Of a stretch of 64,000 bases of DNA, positions 27,218 to 37,143 are shown piece after piece. The notes under the pieces were generated by a model that saw only the letters and a program-made list of their open reading frames with translations, searched no databases and was not told the DNA's origin. The DNA is from Wickerhamiella versatilis (Eukaryota). The stretch covers positions 3,224,001 through 3,288,000 of the forward strand of contig JAQOWU010000008.1 of NCBI GenBank assembly GCA_030867685.1. The letters are read 5' to 3'. How positions within the stretch are numbered: the stretch's first letter is position 1; each line of letters begins with the position of its first letter. The position numbers were made by a program, and so were the translations under genes.

Positions 27218-29398
27218 ATGCGCTGCTGGGCCCGTCTATGTGGTCGCCGCTATGCCTCAACATTGAGAAATCTCGGGATAGTAGCTCATATAGATGCTGG
27301 AAAGACTACAACTACCGAGAGAATGCTTTATTATGCTGGACATACCCGAAGACTTGGTAACGTCGATGCCGGTGATACTGTCACAGATTTTCTACCGGCG
27401 GAACGGGAACGTGGAATTACAATTCAAGCCGCTGCCGTGAGTTTTGGGTGGCAGAATTCCCGTATTAATCTTATTGATACCCCAGGTCATGCTGACTTCG
27501 GCTTTGAAGTACAGCGTTCGTTGCGGGTTCTTGACGGGGTGGTAACTATTTTGGATGGTGTTGCTGGTGTTGAGGCACTTACAGAGGCAGTTTGGGGACA
27601 TGCTATGCGGCTTAAGCTCCCTCGGCTGATATTCATAAATAAAATGGATCGCCCTGGAGCTGGATTTGGCCGCACTGTTCGAGAGGTAGTATCTAAGCTG
27701 CATACACCAGTAGTTCTGTTGACATTACCTCTCTGGGAGGGCACAAAATTCGTTGGAATTGTGGATGTCTTGCGCGGTAAGGAAATCAGATATGATTCGG
27801 TAGATGGAAAAGATGTACGGGTTGTAGATGCAGCAGCAGACTCAGAAGCAGCAAAAGCCCGTGAGGTGCTGGTTGATACAGTAAGTGAATACAGTGAAGA
27901 AGTGGTTGAGGAATACCTGAGTGGGAATGTTCAAACATCAACCCTTGAGAAGGCCATAAGAGAAGCCATGTTGCAATGCAAGTTGACTCCAGTACTTTGC
28001 GGCGCGAGTTTTCGCAATATTGGTGTCCAACCCCTTCTAGACTCCATAGTATCCTATTTGCCAGCACCAAGACAGGAAAATGGGCCTATCCATGCGCTGG
28101 CTTTCAAGGTCAAGCACGATACTGTAAAGGGAACGCTTGTGTATGTGAGAGTTTATCAAGGGACATTGAAAAAATCTGTGGGAACCATCTATAATACAAC
28201 GACAGGGGAGCGTGAAAAAGTTTCACGTTTACTTCGCATGCAGGCAGATGAGCCGATAGAAATCCCGGAGATCGGATGTGGTGATATCGGTGTCCTAGTT
28301 GGAACGAAGGGAATCCGTACAGGTGACACCCTCGTGGCTCATCCTCAGAAACGTGATGGGATTCATCTTCTTTCCAAAAAGGACCGTGAGCTAAGTTTGA
28401 TGCCAATTCCAATACCTCCCCCAGTATTCACTGCCCGAATCACGCCTCGGGCTCGAAGTGACATTAGGCCTATGGAGCAAGCACTCTCAATACTGCTAAG
28501 GGAAGACCCAAGCTTGCGCCTATCATTTGATGAGGAGGCAGGGCAATGGCTTTTGAGTGGTCTTGGTGAGTTGCATCTAGAAATCGCTCGGGATCGCCTA
28601 GTCAATGATTTAGGAGCCAATATTGAGATGGGGTCTCCTATGATTACATTTAAAGAGACATTGGATGCGGCTACGCCAACGGTTACACGATCAGCTCAGG
28701 ATGAAACTGGATCTACCACAGTCACTGTTGATGCTGTTCCTTATGAAGTCGGAAAAGGGGAACAACTTCCGGATAAAAATTTTGTTACGACAAAGTTTTC
28801 TAAACACCCTTTCATTTCAAAAGAAAATGTTGAAAAAGCCACAACAGTAGGTATATTGCCCGTTCTAGCCCAAGGCGGAAAAATGGGTCATCAAGCAATT
28901 TTTGGACTTCAGTTCCGTGTTCGTGTAGAAATAAGCGCGGAATCCCAGAGACCCGACCTTGTGAGCAGACTTGTGAGGGAAGCAGCAGCGGAGGCTATAA
29001 ATCTTGCCCCACGCTTTGTTCTATTGGAACCTATCATGCAGGTCAGTATATCTGCCCCTGCGGGTGATATTGGCAGAGTAATGAACGACATCAGTGGCGT
29101 CCGTAGGGGTCATATTACCGATCTCGGATCAGACGATACAACTGCTAACTCTGAATGGGCCGAAAAGGCTGCTTCGCAGTGGGTTCCACTAGATCACACG
29201 CTCCATTTATCGCGGCATGGAGAAAGCTCCGAGAGTAGGCCCGCAACGGTAAATGCCAAAGCTCCCTTGCGTACAATGGTAGGCTACCTTTCAGCTCTCC
29301 GAAGCATGACCAACGGTCGCGGATCTTTCCAAATGACATTTAGTGAATTCGACGCAGTACCTCCACAAGACGTAAGATCATTGCTTGATGAATTTTGA
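27218..29398 (+). CDS. MEF2: Mitochondrial elongation factor G2 / ribosome-releasing factor 2
   Basis: AHIDAGKTTTTERMLYY, ERERGITIQAAA, DTPGHADF, NKMD, GLGELHLEI; short presequence. Confidence 0.9.
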   Translation: MRCWARLCGRRYASTLRNLGIVAHIDAGKTTTTERMLYYAGHTRRLGNVDAGDTVTDFLPAERERGITIQAAAVSFGWQNSRINLIDTPGHADFGFEVQRSLRVLDGVVTILDGVAGVEALTEAVWGHAMRLKLPRLIFINKMDRPGAGFGRTVREVVSKLHTPVVLLTLPLWEGTKFVGIVDVLRGKEIRYDSVDGKDVRVVDAAADSEAAKAREVLVDTVSEYSEEVVEEYLSGNVQTSTLEKAIREAMLQCKLTPVLCGASFRNIGVQPLLDSIVSYLPAPRQENGPIHALAFKVKHDTVKGTLVYVRVYQGTLKKSVGTIYNTTTGEREKVSRLLRMQADEPIEIPEIGCGDIGVLVGTKGIRTGDTLVAHPQKRDGIHLLSKKDRELSLMPIPIPPPVFTARITPRARSDIRPMEQALSILLREDPSLRLSFDEEAGQWLLSGLGELHLEIARDRLVNDLGANIEMGSPMITFKETLDAATPTVTRSAQDETGSTTVTVDAVPYEVGKGEQLPDKNFVTTKFSKHPFISKENVEKATTVGILPVLAQGGKMGHQAIFGLQFRVRVEISAESQRPDLVSRLVREAAAEAINLAPRFVLLEPIMQVSISAPAGDIGRVMNDISGVRRGHITDLGSDDTTANSEWAEKAASQWVPLDHTLHLSRHGESSESRPATVNAKAPLRTMVGYLSALRSMTNGRGSFQMTFSEFDAVPPQDVRSLLDEF

Positions 29399-30054
29399 AG
29401 AGATAATGTACATATATTGAGCATTTAGGACATATAATAATTGTGGCAGCAAGTTGACTAGCTGCTATTCTTAGTAGCGATAAATCGCATTTTAAGACTG
29501 AAATTTTTCTTCTGACATATTATTTCCTGCTGAAGCTATCTTTGTTACATGTATATATAGATATTTTTAGTCAGTCGCTTAACAGCGGGCGCCACTGATT
29601 ACGACAAGCCATCGAAAAGCTTGCTTGCGTTTGGTATATATATATTTATCATGACTTGTTTGGAAAAAATTATTTTTAAATAGTTTCGGTGACAATTAAA
29701 TAAAACACGTGACTCTTTGAGGTACTGAAATTCTATGCATAAATAATCTCTAGATATCTACAATCTGGAATGGTACAAAGAGTGGTATCAAATTCATTTT
29801 CTAAAACATTAGGAAATTGCAAAGAACCTTTCATATTAGAGAATAAAAACTTGTATAAACGCTTTTGTAGCGGCACAATGACCTTATTCTAGTGGAAGTT
29901 CGACAATTAAATGCAAGAGGTGAAGCCAGTTTAACTTTAGTTACGTTTTGAATTAATACATTGTGTTCCTGCAGTGTTCGATTTAGTTCCTAATGCAAAC
30001 CAATACTAGGGCATCTTCACCATCACGCGTCTCCCTAATTAGTCATATTCAGGG

Positions 30055-31260
30055 ATGGTACGTGGTCTGCGAATACTGCGCTACGTAGTGATTGCGGTAG
30101 CGTTGATCGTGGTCATATACAAGGTAAGCCACAAAAGTGTACGTCTTGAGGATTATACGAATTCACTAAAACAAGGCAGTGTTTCGCGAGACCCTGTCTC
30201 ACCCCCAGTCTCGCCGGACACTCAGCATACGAAGGTGTCAAATAAAGCACCTCAAGAGTACGAACGCGCTAATGCTACATTTGTTACTCTTGCAAGAAAC
30301 CAAGATCTTTGGGGACTTGTTGGATCTATTCGTGAGGTTGAAGATCGCTTTAATCATAAATTCCATTATGACTGGGTGTTTTTGAATGATGACGACTTCA
30401 ACGATGAATTTGTGAGGGTAACGAGTGCGTTCGTTTCTGGTAAGACTAGTTATGGTAAGATACCAAAGGAGCACTGGGGGTATCCTGATTGGATAGACCA
30501 AAATAAGGCTGCGGATGTCAGGAATCAAATGCTTCAGGAGCAGATTATCTACGGATGGTCGGAGTCTTACAGGCATATGTGCCGTTACGAGTCAGGATTT
30601 TTCTGGCGTAACAAAGCGTTGGATAATTATAGGTATTATTGGCGTGTCGAGCCTCACATTAAGTTGTTTTGCGATATTGAGGATGATCTGTTCAAGTTCA
30701 TGCGAGATAATAACAAGGTCTACGGCTTTGCAATTTCTCTCTATGAGTATGAAGCCACGATAAAGTCGTTGTGGACAACAGTTAAGGGGTTCATGAAAAA
30801 GTTCCCGCAATATCTTCACCCAAATAATGCCTTGGATTTCATTAGCGATGATGGTGGTGAGACATACAACAAGTGCCACTTTTGGTCTAACTTTGAGATC
30901 GGAGATTTAGACTTTTGGCGTTCTGACGCTTATCGTGCGTTTTTCGATTATCTTGATAAGGCTGGTGGATTTTTCTATGAGCGATGGGGTGACGCGCCTG
31001 TTCATTCCATTGCTGCTGCCCTTCTTGCTGACCGTAACCAGGTTCACTTTTTTGAGAATGTCGGCTACTGGCATGTTCCCTTCCAGAGTTGCCCGGTGAA
31101 CGAGGATGAACGCCTGCGCCTGAGATGCACATGCCCTCTCGATGAGAGTATTGAATCAGATCAGCGTAATATATTTACCTTCAAGGGATATTCATGTACG
31201 CCACGATGGTATAAAATTCTTGGGAAAGAGAAGCCACTTGGATACAAGAACCATGAATGA
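30055..31260 (+). CDS. GT15 alpha-1,2-mannosyltransferase (Kre2/Ktr/Mnt family)
   Basis: Type II anchor, SYRHMCRYESGFF, YWRVEP, YNKCHFWSNFEI, YERWGDAPVHS. Confidence 0.95.
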   Translation: MVRGLRILRYVVIAVALIVVIYKVSHKSVRLEDYTNSLKQGSVSRDPVSPPVSPDTQHTKVSNKAPQEYERANATFVTLARNQDLWGLVGSIREVEDRFNHKFHYDWVFLNDDDFNDEFVRVTSAFVSGKTSYGKIPKEHWGYPDWIDQNKAADVRNQMLQEQIIYGWSESYRHMCRYESGFFWRNKALDNYRYYWRVEPHIKLFCDIEDDLFKFMRDNNKVYGFAISLYEYEATIKSLWTTVKGFMKKFPQYLHPNNALDFISDDGGETYNKCHFWSNFEIGDLDFWRSDAYRAFFDYLDKAGGFFYERWGDAPVHSIAAALLADRNQVHFFENVGYWHVPFQSCPVNEDERLRLRCTCPLDESIESDQRNIFTFKGYSCTPRWYKILGKEKPLGYKNHE

Positions 31261-31597
31261 TCTGCCGAGTTGCACTAATCTAAGCTCTATTTACATAGAA
31301 GTGCATAGTTCATCAACCGTTTTAGCTATCATAACTAAAGCCTGTTCGCATCTTTAGCGCTGTTCCACGCTATTTTATCAGCGTCAAGATATTTGGTTTT
31401 GTTACTTTAAGTGTTTTCTGCGAAGAAAGAAAAGCCATTCGTAGCATAGGGCTCTATTAGAGTATCACTACTTCACCTAACCCCACCTATTCTCGTATGA
31501 GGCATTATGCTATACCAAGTATCTTTACATAACATCAATTCATTTTTTGTATAGTCCATTGATTTATTTAAGATAAGGCTCAATAAAATAGACAGGT

Positions 31598-34500
31598 TCA
31601 AAGTCCAAAAGGGTTGTTTACAGTCGCTGCGGAAAAATTGGCACGTTGCTGAACTTGTGATTGCTGTTGATTTCCAAATCCGAAACCCGTAGCCTGGCTT
31701 TGAAGCGGCTGCGTTACACTCTGGTTGAAAGTGACAGGCGTATTTGTCGTGGTTCCTGTAGGAAATGACGACGAAGGAAAACCTGGAGCTGCACCAAAAG
31801 GTCCAGTAGGTTGTTGCTGGAAGAGCCCAGTGGTGGGTTGCTGTTGGAAAGAGGTAGGTTGCTGCTGGAAGAGCCCAGTGGCAGGTTGTTGTTGTTGTTG
31901 TTGGAAAGAAGGAGGTTGCTGCAGGAATGGCCCAGTTGACTGTTGTTGTAAATATGTGGGTTGCTGCTGGAAAGGAGTGGGCTGCTGTTGGAAGGGCCCA
32001 GTAGGCTGCTGCTGGATAGAAGTGGACTGCTGTTGGAAAGGCCCAGCTGTGTGCTGCTGGAAGGTAGCAGTTTGCTGTTGGAAAGACCTAGTAGGCTGTT
32101 GGAACATACCATTTGGCTGCTGTTGAAAGGGCCCAGTTGGCTGCTGTTGGAATGGACCAGTTGGCTGCTGCTGGAATGGACCAGTAGGCTGTTGCTGGAA
32201 TGGACCAGTAGGCTGCTGCTGGAATGGACCAGTAGGCTGTTGCTGGAATGGACCAGTAGGCTGCTGTTGAAAGGGCCCAGTAGGCTGCTGTTGGAATGGA
32301 CCAGTTGGCTGCTGTTGGAATGGACCAGTAGGCTGTTGCTGGAATGGACCAGTAGGCTGTTGCTGGAATGGCCCAGTAGGCTGTTGTTGGAAGGGTCCAG
32401 TGGGCTGCTGTTGGAATGGCCCAGTTGTCTGCTGCTGAAACGTTGTTGAAGTCTGGAATGTAGGCGCAATTGATCCAGTAGGCTGCTTCTGCGGCTGGAA
32501 CTGTGATTGACCATATTGACTGAAGGGCCCAGTGGTCTGTGCTCCCAACCCAACTGGCGTAGGGCCTGTTACTTGACTTGCAAATGGTCCAGTTTGAAAT
32601 GGACTCATTTGAGGGAGATTACCCCCTGTCGACTGGGGTTGAAATCCTGTATATCCACTTTGAGAACCACCAGGATAGCCTGTTGGAGCTGGATTAACGC
32701 TTGGGATCTGCGCAAAAGGACCTGTTGGTTGCTGCTGCAAGTTAGACGAAGAAAAACTTGTTGCCGGCGCAGCTGGCTTCGGGCCTGTAGCTTGGTTAAA
32801 TAATTGCTTAAATGGGTCATTTGAACCTTGTGGTACCCTTGGCTGTGGTGGTTGAGGTGCAGCCAGAACTCCTGAAGCATTTGGTGCAAATGAAGACATG
32901 ACAGGTGTTGGTCCATTCGTATTCCCTGTTGGTAGCGCAGCGACACCTGTTGCAAATGGACCCAAGGCTGTCGTGAGTCCAGTTGGTGTACCGGTTGCCA
33001 TGGTGCGTTGCTGTCGTGATTGCTGGATCCCTGTACGCATGCGGACTAGTTCTTGCTGTTGTTCACGGAGAGATTCCTGCTGCTGTTTTAGTAGGTTGAT
33101 CTGTTCGTGCTGTAGATCAGACTGTTGTTTAAGAATTTGCTGCTGCTGTTGTCTTTGCTGTTCTGATAGCTGTGCTTCTGCCGTTTTCTGGGGTTGAAGA
33201 GGCTGCGAAACGCCAAGGAGGTCAGCAAGAGCACCAGTTGGTTGAGACTGGACTGGGGTAGTTGCCAGAGGACCTGATTGTGGCTGAGGTGGCGCATTTG
33301 GAACAAGCGCTGGAGCTGCAGGCCCTTTGCTTTCCGCTTGAATAGCTGGAGGGACATCGCTAGCGCTACTGCTTGGCGCAACAATACTGGCAGTCGGATC
33401 GTTCAGTACTCCCACGTCCTGACTTCTTCCAAACTTCTCGTTCAATTTCTTCGTAACGCGCAATATATCACCTTCCTTAAGACCAAGCGTACGCAAATTT
33501 GAAGCATTTATTTCCGGTAAAATACTGTCGTCCATCTTATCACGTGTGAAATTCGTAGCATAGCGTTGGCAATTATTGACCTCCACTCCACATTCAAGGA
33601 AAAATTGGAACCAGTCGAAGCCTTCAGCATTGGAATGGGATCTATTCGGTTTTGTGGGTGAGGATCCAGCCCCATCTATCAACGGCTTGTTGCTGGAGAG
33701 GAATGTACCTGTCACAGACTCAACATATTCAACATCTGATACACTTAATTTTGATGCTGGCACCGCAATTTTGACACCATTCACCTTATGAAGGTGTACT
33801 TTACCATCGGATACCCCCAGAAGCGCTGCTTCGACTCGGAAAGTCCCAGATCTATCGACCCAAGTCCGCATTTTGGATGAACTGGGCAACGAATTATGTC
33901 GATGGGAGCTCAAGCGTGATTGAGACCGCTCATGCCTCGATTCATGACGACCTCCTTTGGTAGTAGCTTGACGGTTATGCCTTTCTTTCTGACGTTCTTT
34001 CTCCCGGGTTTTTCTTCCCTCTCGATCTTTATGTGCTTTAAACAGTCCTTTGGGACCATGACCAAACTTCTCCCCTTCTATTTCAATGAACTTACGGGGG
34101 ACAAGCCCCTCACGACCCGAAGTTGTACGAATCAACCACCACTCCTTATCGTTCATATTGAGTACAAAAACTGGCTCACCCTCTTTGACTGACACCTCTC
34201 TGCCATTTACAGCCTTAAAGTCAAGCTGAATAGTCCCAACTTTATTACCTGTCGTTTGGGATGCGGCAAGAACTTCATCAAGTCCACCTCCTCCACGAGA
34301 AGCCCCAACCACTTGCCCTAATGCAGTGACAATTTGATCGCAAACATCCTGAGAGCTCACCTTGAGGTCGAGCGACAGCCGGGGGTTCCGCAATTCTACG
34401 AAAACATGTCGCTTTTCTCCTGAATATGAGATAACATCTTCTACGTCCCATTGTTCTTGGTCACCGTGACTTCGTGATAGCATGACAGACGTTGCACTAG

Positions 34501-35209
34501 CTGCAAACGTTGATTTTGTGCGTTTCCTCCCATCTATCTCAGCAACTGCCCAGCTTTGAAACTCATCAGGTTTCAACTGCGGGGGTCCAGGTGGTTCCCT
34601 AGGGGAATCCTGGGATATCGTGGAGGTACGAGCTATGGAATTTCCTCGACCAGGACGGCTGGGAAGAGGTGGACCTTCATTATCTTCCATAGCTTCCCCA
34701 GCAGAAGGCTCAGGAGGTAGCTCCTCATGTGGCTGGCGAGTTGCATGGGCTACAGCTGGTGTCTGTAATGGTGGAGCTGGAGCTGGCACTGGCGCTGGAG
34801 GGGCCGGTGCTGCTGGAGGTGCTTGTGAAGACCTATCAATATAATTGGCTGGTACAAATCCATATTTATCATCTGATCCAACCAGAATCCAATCTCCATC
34901 ATCGGCATATACGTTGAACACAGTTCCCTCGGAGAAAGATACTTCCTCAGGCGACTGCTGTTCATATGAATATAATGAGTGGGCATTCCCTAATGATGGA
35001 GCTGGCTCCACATAATTGTGGGGGACAATACCAGTGGGCTCTTTGTCTGCTTGCAATGGCACCCGTTTCTTTACTGTCCACCATCCATCATCTGCTCTTT
35101 CGAGGAGGTAAAGTATATCACCCTCAGAAATGCTCAGCTCTTGCTCAGACGCTGCTTCATAGTCATAAACAGCGCGTAAGACGCCGACAAAAGAGCCTTG
35201 CTGGCTCAT
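31598..35209 (-). CDS. SLA1: Endocytic adaptor Sla1
   Basis: Three SH3 domains, SHD1 (RTWVDRSGTFRVEA), SHD2 (DWFQFFLECGV), QxTG repeats, terminal NPFG; ATG at 35209 preferred. Confidence 0.93.
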   Translation of the reverse strand: MSQQGSFVGVLRAVYDYEAASEQELSISEGDILYLLERADDGWWTVKKRVPLQADKEPTGIVPHNYVEPAPSLGNAHSLYSYEQQSPEEVSFSEGTVFNVYADDGDWILVGSDDKYGFVPANYIDRSSQAPPAAPAPPAPVPAPAPPLQTPAVAHATRQPHEELPPEPSAGEAMEDNEGPPLPSRPGRGNSIARTSTISQDSPREPPGPPQLKPDEFQSWAVAEIDGRKRTKSTFAASATSVMLSRSHGDQEQWDVEDVISYSGEKRHVFVELRNPRLSLDLKVSSQDVCDQIVTALGQVVGASRGGGGLDEVLAASQTTGNKVGTIQLDFKAVNGREVSVKEGEPVFVLNMNDKEWWLIRTTSGREGLVPRKFIEIEGEKFGHGPKGLFKAHKDREGRKTREKERQKERHNRQATTKGGRHESRHERSQSRLSSHRHNSLPSSSKMRTWVDRSGTFRVEAALLGVSDGKVHLHKVNGVKIAVPASKLSVSDVEYVESVTGTFLSSNKPLIDGAGSSPTKPNRSHSNAEGFDWFQFFLECGVEVNNCQRYATNFTRDKMDDSILPEINASNLRTLGLKEGDILRVTKKLNEKFGRSQDVGVLNDPTASIVAPSSSASDVPPAIQAESKGPAAPALVPNAPPQPQSGPLATTPVQSQPTGALADLLGVSQPLQPQKTAEAQLSEQQRQQQQQILKQQSDLQHEQINLLKQQQESLREQQQELVRMRTGIQQSRQQRTMATGTPTGLTTALGPFATGVAALPTGNTNGPTPVMSSFAPNASGVLAAPQPPQPRVPQGSNDPFKQLFNQATGPKPAAPATSFSSSNLQQQPTGPFAQIPSVNPAPTGYPGGSQSGYTGFQPQSTGGNLPQMSPFQTGPFASQVTGPTPVGLGAQTTGPFSQYGQSQFQPQKQPTGSIAPTFQTSTTFQQQTTGPFQQQPTGPFQQQPTGPFQQQPTGPFQQQPTGPFQQQPTGPFQQQPTGPFQQQPTGPFQQQPTGPFQQQPTGPFQQQPTGPFQQQPTGPFQQQPTGPFQQQPNGMFQQPTRSFQQQTATFQQHTAGPFQQQSTSIQQQPTGPFQQQPTPFQQQPTYLQQQSTGPFLQQPPSFQQQQQQPATGLFQQQPTSFQQQPTTGLFQQQPTGPFGAAPGFPSSSFPTGTTTNTPVTFNQSVTQPLQSQATGFGFGNQQQSQVQQRANFSAATVNNPFGL
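32126..32437 (-). repeat. Coding minisatellite: 13 x 24-nt units encoding QQQPTGPF (one unit QQQTTGPF), with degenerate copies nearby
   Basis: 312 nt of tandem GAATGGACCAGTAGGCTGTTGCTG-like units on the + strand. Confidence 0.95.
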
Positions 35210-35439
35210 TCCTAGTGAACTTCTTACGTCAGCAGTTTCATGACCTCCACGGCTGGTATAGGATAAACTACACAATGGATATAACGACGTTGGAAAGTTT
35301 CTGCACTTTATCGAGTATAAAATATATGGTTTGTGTTCTGTTAGGCTAATAACATGAAAAGTAGACATTATTGTCGGTAATATTTAGCAATATTTAGCAG
35401 ACAGTCTGAGGTTTCGGAATTCGAAATTTAGAAAATTCC

Positions 35440-37143
35440 TTAATTATCTCCTTCCACTGACTGTTTTTCAGTGCTATTTTGATCTTGTGAGGAACTGGCT
35501 GAGTCCTTGTTATCTCCATAAGTAATAGCACGCTTCGAACTCGCCCGAATCCGGGGACCAAATTGGAATAGCACATACACAAGGGAAGTGAGTATGAGCC
35601 CAATAAGAGCTAGAAGTAGCCCTGCATATTGTGAACCCATGTTATGGAACATTTGGGCACCGAATAAAGGCGCAACAGCACCAAGAGTGTTACGCATAAA
35701 CCCTTGGCCCGCGATGGCTGATGATGCATTTTGTCCATAACAATCAGCCGTATAAGAATAGCATGATTCAAAGACGAAAAATATACCAAATGCAATACAT
35801 GCAAGGCCGATAACAGGACCTATCCAGTGAACAAATTCGTATTGGGTAAAGCTGTATATGAACAGCCCAATTGGTAGGAAAATTCCCCCAAAGAGGCACC
35901 CATAAAGACGACTTTCGGGAGGAACATTACCTGCACCCATTTTAGCCACGAGGTTGTCATATTTCTTTATTTGGAGGAAATTCAGAGCATATGCCAAGGT
36001 GACTCCAATTGATAACCCGATGTAGGGTAGCCCTGCAACTCCTTCACCCCATCCTTTCTTCTCAGAAAATGTGATAGAAATTACAGATAGAAATAGGAAG
36101 GTGATACACCAGCTGAATGCTATCCAGAGCCCAAAGAAAAAGACCACAGGCTCCGTTACCATCATTTCAGCAGCTTTCACAGTTGAATTGTAAAGCATGT
36201 CCTTCACACCTGGAGCCTCAAGTTCTTCCTTCGCAACCCAGCGATCATCTCCTGTGTCCTTACGAAGAGCTTTAGCCCTCTTTTGAAGGGTGACACCGCC
36301 ACGAGTCTCTGTTAAAGTCAAAACCACAAGTATCAGGAGGGGTACATTCGAAAGACCCTGAATTCCTTCGACCCACCTCCAGCCTATAGACTGATCAATA
36401 AATCCTGCGTATATTGGGGCTGCCACGGTTCCTAAAATAGCTACCCAAGCAAATGTAGCCATCGGGATGGCTCTTTGTTCAGGTCTGTATAAATCGTCAA
36501 ATGTGCCACCAACAAGAATAGTACCTACGCATCCAAACAGACCAAGACACATACGCAGACAGATTATTGTGGCCATGTTTTTGCCAAGCGCGAGGCCAAT
36601 GAAGCACAGACAAAAGCAAAGATATCCTCCTGTGTAAACAATACGACGCCCTACAAGTTCGCAGAATGGCGCCAGGAATAGAGGTGCGACAGAACACGTT
36701 TCATTAAACGTGAAAAGCCCAAATTGCCCGATAATTGCCTTTGCGTCTCCAGGCGGCTTGGTGGTGCAGCCAAGCTCTGGCTTCAAATCACAGATCATCC
36801 GATTCATGCCTGACTGGTATGCCGTGGTGGCCAACCCAATGAAAAGCGTCATGAGGTTAAGTTCCACCGTGATGAGCAGTTTCCGGTACTTATTCCAGTT
36901 GTAGGGGTCCTGCTCATCATTTGGTGCAAATTCTAATACACAGAACTCTTGACCATCCTTCATAATTGAATCAGTATAGGTCAAAGGTACATCGGCATCA
37001 ACTTTGACAAGTGGCCTCTCTCTAGCAATCGGATCATCGTCCTCCTCTTTTAGTTCCTGCAAATATTTGCCTCCACATATACGACCCCTTGGATTCTCGA
37101 TATGATTCCAATCAAGATCGGCGGCCGCATCAACTTTTGGCAT
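35440..37143 (-). CDS. FFZ1: Ffz1-type fructose facilitator (DHA1-related MFS)
   Basis: DPYNW, LAPFCELVGRR, GTILVGGTFDD, ETRGGV, SSAIAGQGFMRN; about 12 hydrophobic segments; ATG at 37143. Confidence 0.8.
   Translation of the reverse strand: MPKVDAAADLDWNHIENPRGRICGGKYLQELKEEDDDPIARERPLVKVDADVPLTYTDSIMKDGQEFCVLEFAPNDEQDPYNWNKYRKLLITVELNLMTLFIGLATTAYQSGMNRMICDLKPELGCTTKPPGDAKAIIGQFGLFTFNETCSVAPLFLAPFCELVGRRIVYTGGYLCFCLCFIGLALGKNMATIICLRMCLGLFGCVGTILVGGTFDDLYRPEQRAIPMATFAWVAILGTVAAPIYAGFIDQSIGWRWVEGIQGLSNVPLLILVVLTLTETRGGVTLQKRAKALRKDTGDDRWVAKEELEAPGVKDMLYNSTVKAAEMMVTEPVVFFFGLWIAFSWCITFLFLSVISITFSEKKGWGEGVAGLPYIGLSIGVTLAYALNFLQIKKYDNLVAKMGAGNVPPESRLYGCLFGGIFLPIGLFIYSFTQYEFVHWIGPVIGLACIAFGIFFVFESCYSYTADCYGQNASSAIAGQGFMRNTLGAVAPLFGAQMFHNMGSQYAGLLLALIGLILTSLVYVLFQFGPRIRASSKRAITYGDNKDSASSSQDQNSTEKQSVEGDN

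Noticed and set aside
12192..27263. Apparent 5' overlaps in the ORF track (BMT2/RSM10, PCI/DUF4243-like, GCN3/MEF2)
   Set aside because: They arise from upstream TTG or non-conserved starts; the likely ATGs give short non-overlapping spacers
31714..32553. Long repetitive alternative-frame ORFs and a CRISPR-like appearance in the SLA1 repeat
   Set aside because: Contiguous 24-nt coding units with no unique spacers; the other frames stay open only because the unit lacks stop codons
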